From Malacoraja senta (Eukaryota): a DNA stretch of 64,000 bases. A model generated the notes under the pieces. It had not been told where the DNA came from, made no database searches, and saw nothing but the letters and a program-made list of their open reading frames with translations. The position numbers and the translations under genes are program-made. Where the stretch lies: the NCBI GenBank assembly GCA_038087875.1, contig CM075997.1, positions 2,792,001 through 2,856,000 of the forward strand. The letters run 5' to 3'. This document shows, one piece after another, positions 23,273 to 64,000 of the stretch (within the stretch, counting starts at the first letter, position 1; every line of letters starts with the position of its first letter).

Positions 23273-24519
23273 TCAGGAGAGGCTGCTTGGAAGCAAACAC
23301 AAATATCCAAATTAGACCATTGATTCGGATTTTCATGGATGTTTTTAGTCTTTACTTTAGAGATACAGCACAGAAATAAGCCTTTTGGCCCACGGAAAAT
23401 TGGTATGGACGAGTTGGGCCAAAGGGCCTGTTTCCGTGGCTCTAAAAATAAAGCGAGCACTTGTTTAGGCCTGACATTTAAATTTACAGCTGTCTGCATT
23501 GTTGTTTCTTTTCTCCAGCACATCATTCAATTGCATCCTCCGCACTGTCAGTTTTTGTGCTTATCAAGGCAATACAATTCTGCATGGTGCAATGGAGACA
23601 CAAAGCGGTGGGACTAGCTTAGTTGGAGCATCCTGGTCGGCATGGACGAGTTGTATCGAATGGCCTGTATCCGCAAATGCTGGTATCTGGAGCCAAAACA
23701 TAGATCAGGAGACATTCAGCAGGTCAGGTAGCATCTATGCCCAAATGCAGAGTCTTGACCATCCCTTTGATTCCACAAATCCTGTATATTTACTGAATTC
23801 CTCTAGAAGTAAAATTGAGACAGACGGAATGGCAGATACTGGAATTTTGCAGAGAACACAAATGCTGGAGTAACTCAGCGGGCAGCATCACAGGTAGAAT
23901 TCCTCAGCAATTTTTTTTTAAATCGCTGTGCACATCCAACACAAATCCAGCCTCCTAATTTACACATTCATACACTCCCATGGTGATATCACCCAATCAT
24001 TCTCTTCCTCCCATTGTCAATGTGTGCATTTCTCACAAAATTGCCGGAACTGGGATCAGATGCAGGTGAAATAGACAATAGACAATAGATGCAGTAGGCC
24101 ATTCGGCCCTTTGAGCTAGCACCGCCATTCAATGTGATCATGGCTGATCATCCCCAATCAGTACCCCGTTCCTGCCTTTTCCCCATATCCCCTGACTCCG
24201 CTATCTTTAAGAGCCCTATCCAGCTCTCTCTTGAAAGCATCCAGAGAACCTGCCTCCACCGCCCTCTGAGGCAGAGAATTCCACACACTCACAACTCTCT
24301 GTGAGAAAAAGTGTTTCCTCGCTGTGAAAGCTGCAGGGAAGCGGAAATGCTTTGGAATGTGTGGACTCATCCTTCGGCGTGGACAAATAAACGAGACAAC
24401 TTGGGTTTAAGCATCAGCAAAGTGAAGAATGGTAAATAGCAAAATAGGATCTTTGGTAAATAGCAGAAAGCTCACCAGCACTGAGCTCATGGGAAAAGCT
24501 GGAATCACACAAAGGCTAA

Positions 24520-24750
24520 TTTGCCTTCTCCTCTCCTCCCTCACCCCACTTCCCCTCTCCTCCCCTCACCCCACTTCCCCCTCTCCTCCCCTCACCCCAC
24601 TTCCCCCTCCTCTTCCTCCACCCTCACCACCTCCCCTCTCCCTCCTCCTCTCCCCTATCCCTCTCCACCCTCCTTTTCCCTCTCACCTCTCCCTTCCGCT
24701 CATCCTCCTCTCCCTCTCCACCCCCTCCCCTCCGCTCTTCCCACTCCCCC
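24520..24750. repeat. C/T-rich low-complexity tract with CCCCTCACCCCACTTCCCCCTCTCCT repeats
   Basis: About 230 bp that are largely pyrimidine on the + strand, with three imperfect tandem units. Confidence 0.8.
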
Positions 24751-25873
24751 GCGGCATTATGATGAACAATTCCCTGCCTGCTGCTCTGTCTTGCTCCTTC
24801 GCCAAAGTTGGAACCAGGCCAGACCATGTGCAACATCGAACAGCTACCCCGGTCCCGCACAACGATTTGGTCCCGCACTAAAACCTCCCCCGGAACATTT
24901 GTTCCCAATCAAGGCAGCACAGCAATAGACCGGACAGAGCTTTGTTCTCCAGTTCTGGAGAATTAAAACAAAGGCAAAATTTATAAAAACGTTGGAGCTG
25001 GTGAAATTGCGTTTCATTTAGATACTATTTCCGTTCTAGCACCTTCATTTAAGCTCAGAAAAAACGAGTCTATCTCCTCTTTTCAGTTCAAAATGGCTCT
25101 GAAATCCTCTGCCACGTCTGTAAAATACAACCTGCTGGAGAAACTCAGCGGCAGGCAGCATCTGTGGAGGGAATGGACAGCCGTTTAGAGTAGAGGGGTC
25201 AGTCTCGTCAACTTTTACCTTTCTCCAGAGCTGACCCGCTGAGTTACTCCAACATTTTTAGACTTTATGCAGTGTAATAATAGTGCAAATAACTTCATGA
25301 CTCGACCTTGCAGTCTCTCATGTCTCTACATCTTATCTTGTCACCCGAACATTCAATGTTATCAAATGCTGCTGGCAATAAAATACTGGAAGTACTCAAC
25401 ATCTGTTTACAATATTTCAAGTGTGTAGGGAGGAACTGCAGCTTTGTAGGAAATAACTTTATTTCTCCCTACACAGTTCCTCCCGACACACTTGAAATAT
25501 GTAAACAGATGCAGATGCTGGTTTAAATCGAAGGTAGACACAAAATGCGAGAGTAACTCAGCGGGACAGACAGACAGACAGCATCTCTGGAGAGAAGGAA
25601 CGGGTGACGTTTCGGGTCGAAACCCTGCTTCACACGGAAAGTCACGGGAAAGGGAAACGAGAGATAGATACGATGATGAGCTGCTCCATCATGTTGTGTC
25701 TGCCAACAACAGCAGTTCCTTCCTTCCTCTTCTTTGGAGTTTTACGGCATCCGGCATCCGCAATGTTGCATTGCTGCCACCTTCTGGCTTCATTCCACCG
25801 TACTCCACTGTCTTTACATTATATCCTTTTTAGAAGCCCAGAGGCCCTCAAGAAATCAAACAACAACTTTATT

Positions 25874-26667
25874 CATAGATACATAGATACATAGAAAATA
25901 GGTGCAGGAGTAGGCCATTCGGCCCTTCGAGCCTGCACCGCCATTCAATATGATCATGGCTGATCATCCAACTCAGTATCCCGTACCTGCCTTCTCTCCA
26001 TACCCCCTGATCCCCTTAGCCACAAGGGCCACATCTAACTCCCTCTTAAATATAGTCAATGAACTGGCCTCAACTACCCTCTGTGGCAGAGAGTTCCAGA
26101 GATTCACCACTCTCTGTGTGAAAAAGTTTTTCCTCATCTCGGTCTTAAAGGATTTCCCCCTTATCCTTAAGCTGTGACCCCTTGTCCTGGACTTCCCCAA
26201 CATCGGGAACAATCTTCCTGCATCTAGCCTGTCCAACCCCATACGAATTGTGTACGTTTCTATAAGATCCCCTCTCAATCTCCTAAATTCTAGCGAGTAT
26301 AAGCCAAGTCTATCCAGTCTTTCTTCATATGAAAGTCCTGACATCCCAGGAATCAGTCTGGTGAACCTTCTCTGCACTCCCTCTATGGCTATAATGTCCT
26401 TCCTCAGATTTGGAGACCAAAACTGTACGCAATACTCCAGGTGTGGTCTCACCAAGACCCTGTACAACTGCAGTAGAACCTCCCTGCTCCTATACTCAAA
26501 TCCTCTTGCTATGAAGGCCAACATACCATTCGCTTTCTTCACTGCCTGCTGCACCTGCATGCCTACTTTCAATGACTGGTGCACCATGACACCCAGGTCT
26601 CGCTGCACCTCCCCATTTCCTAATCGGCCACCATTTAGATAATAGTCTGCCTTCCCGTTTTTGCCTT
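25874..26667 (-). mobile_element. Young CR1/HER1 LINE 3' fragment
   Basis: Uninterrupted ORF2 C-terminus (within ORF 25973-26743), (TATCTATG)n tail; near-identical to the copy at 43952-44991. Confidence 0.92.
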
Positions 26668-26829
26668 TTCCTCTCCCTCCACACTCTAGAATGTTCTTTA
26701 CTGATACTTCTGTCAATCCAATTTTCCTCATTTCAATGATCATAAATCCTCTTTCTGTCTCATATCTCCTACATTAGGACATGCTGAACTGTTTCTGGCT
26801 GATGGCAGCAGTTCCTACTTCTTCTTCTT

Positions 26830-26998
26830 GTAGGATTCCGGCAGTGTAGACGCAGTTCCTTCCTGCAACATCAGAACCAATAAAGTTGATTGAATGGCAG
26901 CTGCCGCAGGGATCTCTGGGTAATGTAGTTCAAAAGGCGGGTTACTACCGGGCATGCGCACTGTGCCGCGGGGCTGCTTGAGGCGCGGACGGATGGAC
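26830..26998. promoter_or_regulatory. SYMPK promoter, probably bidirectional with GEMIN7
   Basis: ZNF143/SBS-type GAACTACATTACCCAGAGATC on - at 26911-26931, NRF1-like GGCATGCGCA at 26951-26960, CCAAT at 26877-26881, CpG-rich. Confidence 0.7.
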
Positions 26999-62238
<35,240 letters not shown>

Positions 62239-62910
62239 GTAAGGGAACTCCATCACATGCCTACACATACAATAGACAATAGGTGCAGGAGTAGGCCATT
62301 CGGCCCTTTGAGCCAGCACCGCCATTCAATGTGATCATGGCTGATCATCCCCAATCAGTACCCCGTTCCTGCCTTCTCCCCATATCCCCTGACTCCGCTA
62401 TCTTTAAGAGCCCTATCTAGCTCTCTCTTGAAAGCATCCAGAGAACCTGCCTCCACCGCCCTCTGAGGCAGAGAATTCCACAGACTCACCACTCTCTGTG
62501 AGAAAAAGTGTTTCCTCGTCTTCGTTCTAAATGGCTTACTCCTTATTCTTAAACTGTGGCCCCTGGTTCTGGACTCCCCAACATCGGGAACATGTTTCCT
62601 GCCTCTAGCGTGTCCAAGCCCTTAACAATCTTACATATTTCTGTGAGATACCCTCTCATCCTTCTAAACTCCAGAGTGTACAAGCCCAGCCGCTCCATTC
62701 TCTCAGCATATGACCGTCCCGCCATCCCAGGAATTAACCTTGTAAACCTACTCTGCACTCCCTCAATAGCAAGAATGTCCTTCCTCAAATTTGGGGACCA
62801 AAACTGCACAAAATACTCCAGGTGTGGTCTCACAATGTGAAACGGACCTTGTGTTCTGCATGAAGAGTCCATGGCAATGGACGCATTAGTCTGAAGAAGG
62901 GTCTCAACTG

Positions 62911-63026
62911 GAGTTTGATCAGTTTTGGCAGCGCCAGGATTACTTCTTTCTGCGGAAGAGTTGGTGCAAGGATAGGCTTTATTCCAAAAAGTAAAACAAA
63001 CACAAGGTGACACTAAAGCTTTACAC
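62911..63026 (-). repeat. Inverted partial copy of SYMPK intron 19 end / exon 20 start (source 55210-55321)
   Basis: Reverse complement aligns to GTGTAAAGCTT...TATCCTTGCACCAACTCTCTTCCGCAGAAAGAAGTAATCCTGGCGCTGCCCAAACTGATCAAACTC with a few substitutions and indels. Confidence 0.9.
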
Positions 63027-63391
63027 AAAATGCTGGAGTAACTCAGCCGGTGAGGCAGCATCTCTGGAGAGAAGGAATGGGCGACGTTTCCGGTCGAGGC
63101 CCTTTGGGTCTCAACCCAGAAACGTCGCCCATTCCTTCTCCCCAGAGATGCTGCCTCACCCGCTGAGTTACTCCAGCATTTCATGTCTACCTTCGATTTA
63201 AACAAGCATCTACAGTTCATTCTTACACACCATGCCAATCGCCATCCATCCATTCCAGATGAAGGGTCCCAACCTGAAATGTCGACTGTCTTTTTTTGAT
63301 TCCGTTTTAGCTTAGAGATGCAACGCGGAAACAGGCCCTCCGGTCTACCAAGTCCGCACCGACCAGCGTTCCCCACATATTAACACTATCC

Positions 63392-63518
63392 CACTCACAC
63401 GCACACACACTCACACTCGCGTGCACACACACACTCACACGCGCACTCACACGCGCGCACGCACACATACACACAGATACAGACTCACACACATACAGAT
63501 ACAGACACTCACACACAC
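63392..63518. repeat. Degenerate (CA)n/(CG)n microsatellite
   Basis: Visible alternating purine-pyrimidine tract. Confidence 0.85.
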
Positions 63519-64000
63519 GTCAGGAGTGCTGAACGATACTTTATTGTCACATGTACAATGTATATTCTTAGTTCTTGCACACAATAGACAAAGTACTGAG
63601 TCGCCACGTTTCTGGCCCCAACAAATTTACAAAGGTCCTCATGAGAGTCATGTCGATCCTCTCTGTTCTCAGCGGTGCGGCCCGACCGCCTCCCCATGAC
63701 CCCACCATCTTTCCGCAGCGCTTCCTCAGCCCGATCTTTCACTTTCACAGATGCTTCCTGACCTACTCAGTTCTTTTGCTCCAGATTCCATCATCTGCAG
63801 TGTCGTGTGCCACCATCAATTTACACTCATCATATTTACTTTCTCCATAATTCCCCGTTGACTCCCCGGCAGATTCACGTGCACATGCACGGTGGCTCAG
63901 CGGTAGAGTTGCTGCCTCCCTGTCCCAGAGACCCGGGTTCGATCCTGAGCACGGGAGCTGTCTGTGTGGAGTTTGTACATTCTCCCCGTGACCGCGTGGG

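Noticed and set aside
23273..23336. Upstream ATG giving an intact 154-aa GEMIN7
   Set aside because: It lies upstream of a plausible splice acceptor, and the homologous N-terminus is in the other frame; a 1-nt indel is the simpler explanation.

Overview
Eukaryotic, intron-rich genomic DNA. The repeat content (HE1-type V-SINEs, HER1/CR1 LINEs, L2, Rex1/Babar) points to a cartilaginous fish, probably a skate or ray; the species is inferred, not shown. Four protein-coding genes were reconstructed exon by exon with consistent splice phases: the 3' part of ACTMAP/C19orf54 (+, with a U12-type intron), a complete YIF1B (-, 8 coding exons, 306 aa), GEMIN7 (-, one coding exon) and SYMPK (+, 25 coding exons, last exon beyond the window). 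GEMIN7 and SYMPK diverge from a promoter carrying ZNF143- and NRF1-type motifs, and each has a single-base frameshift, most likely an assembly error. The main non-genic signals are: an abundant palindromic repeat carrying minimal hammerhead-ribozyme cores (Penelope-like terminal repeats); a P-element-like MITE with an 8-bp target-site duplication (TSD) and an internal hairpin; an antisense copy of a SYMPK splice acceptor in a downstream intron; a 143-bp direct duplication flanking an in-frame SYMPK exon; and tandem splice donors in YIF1B. Gene and repeat-family names rest on remembered sequences, not database searches.
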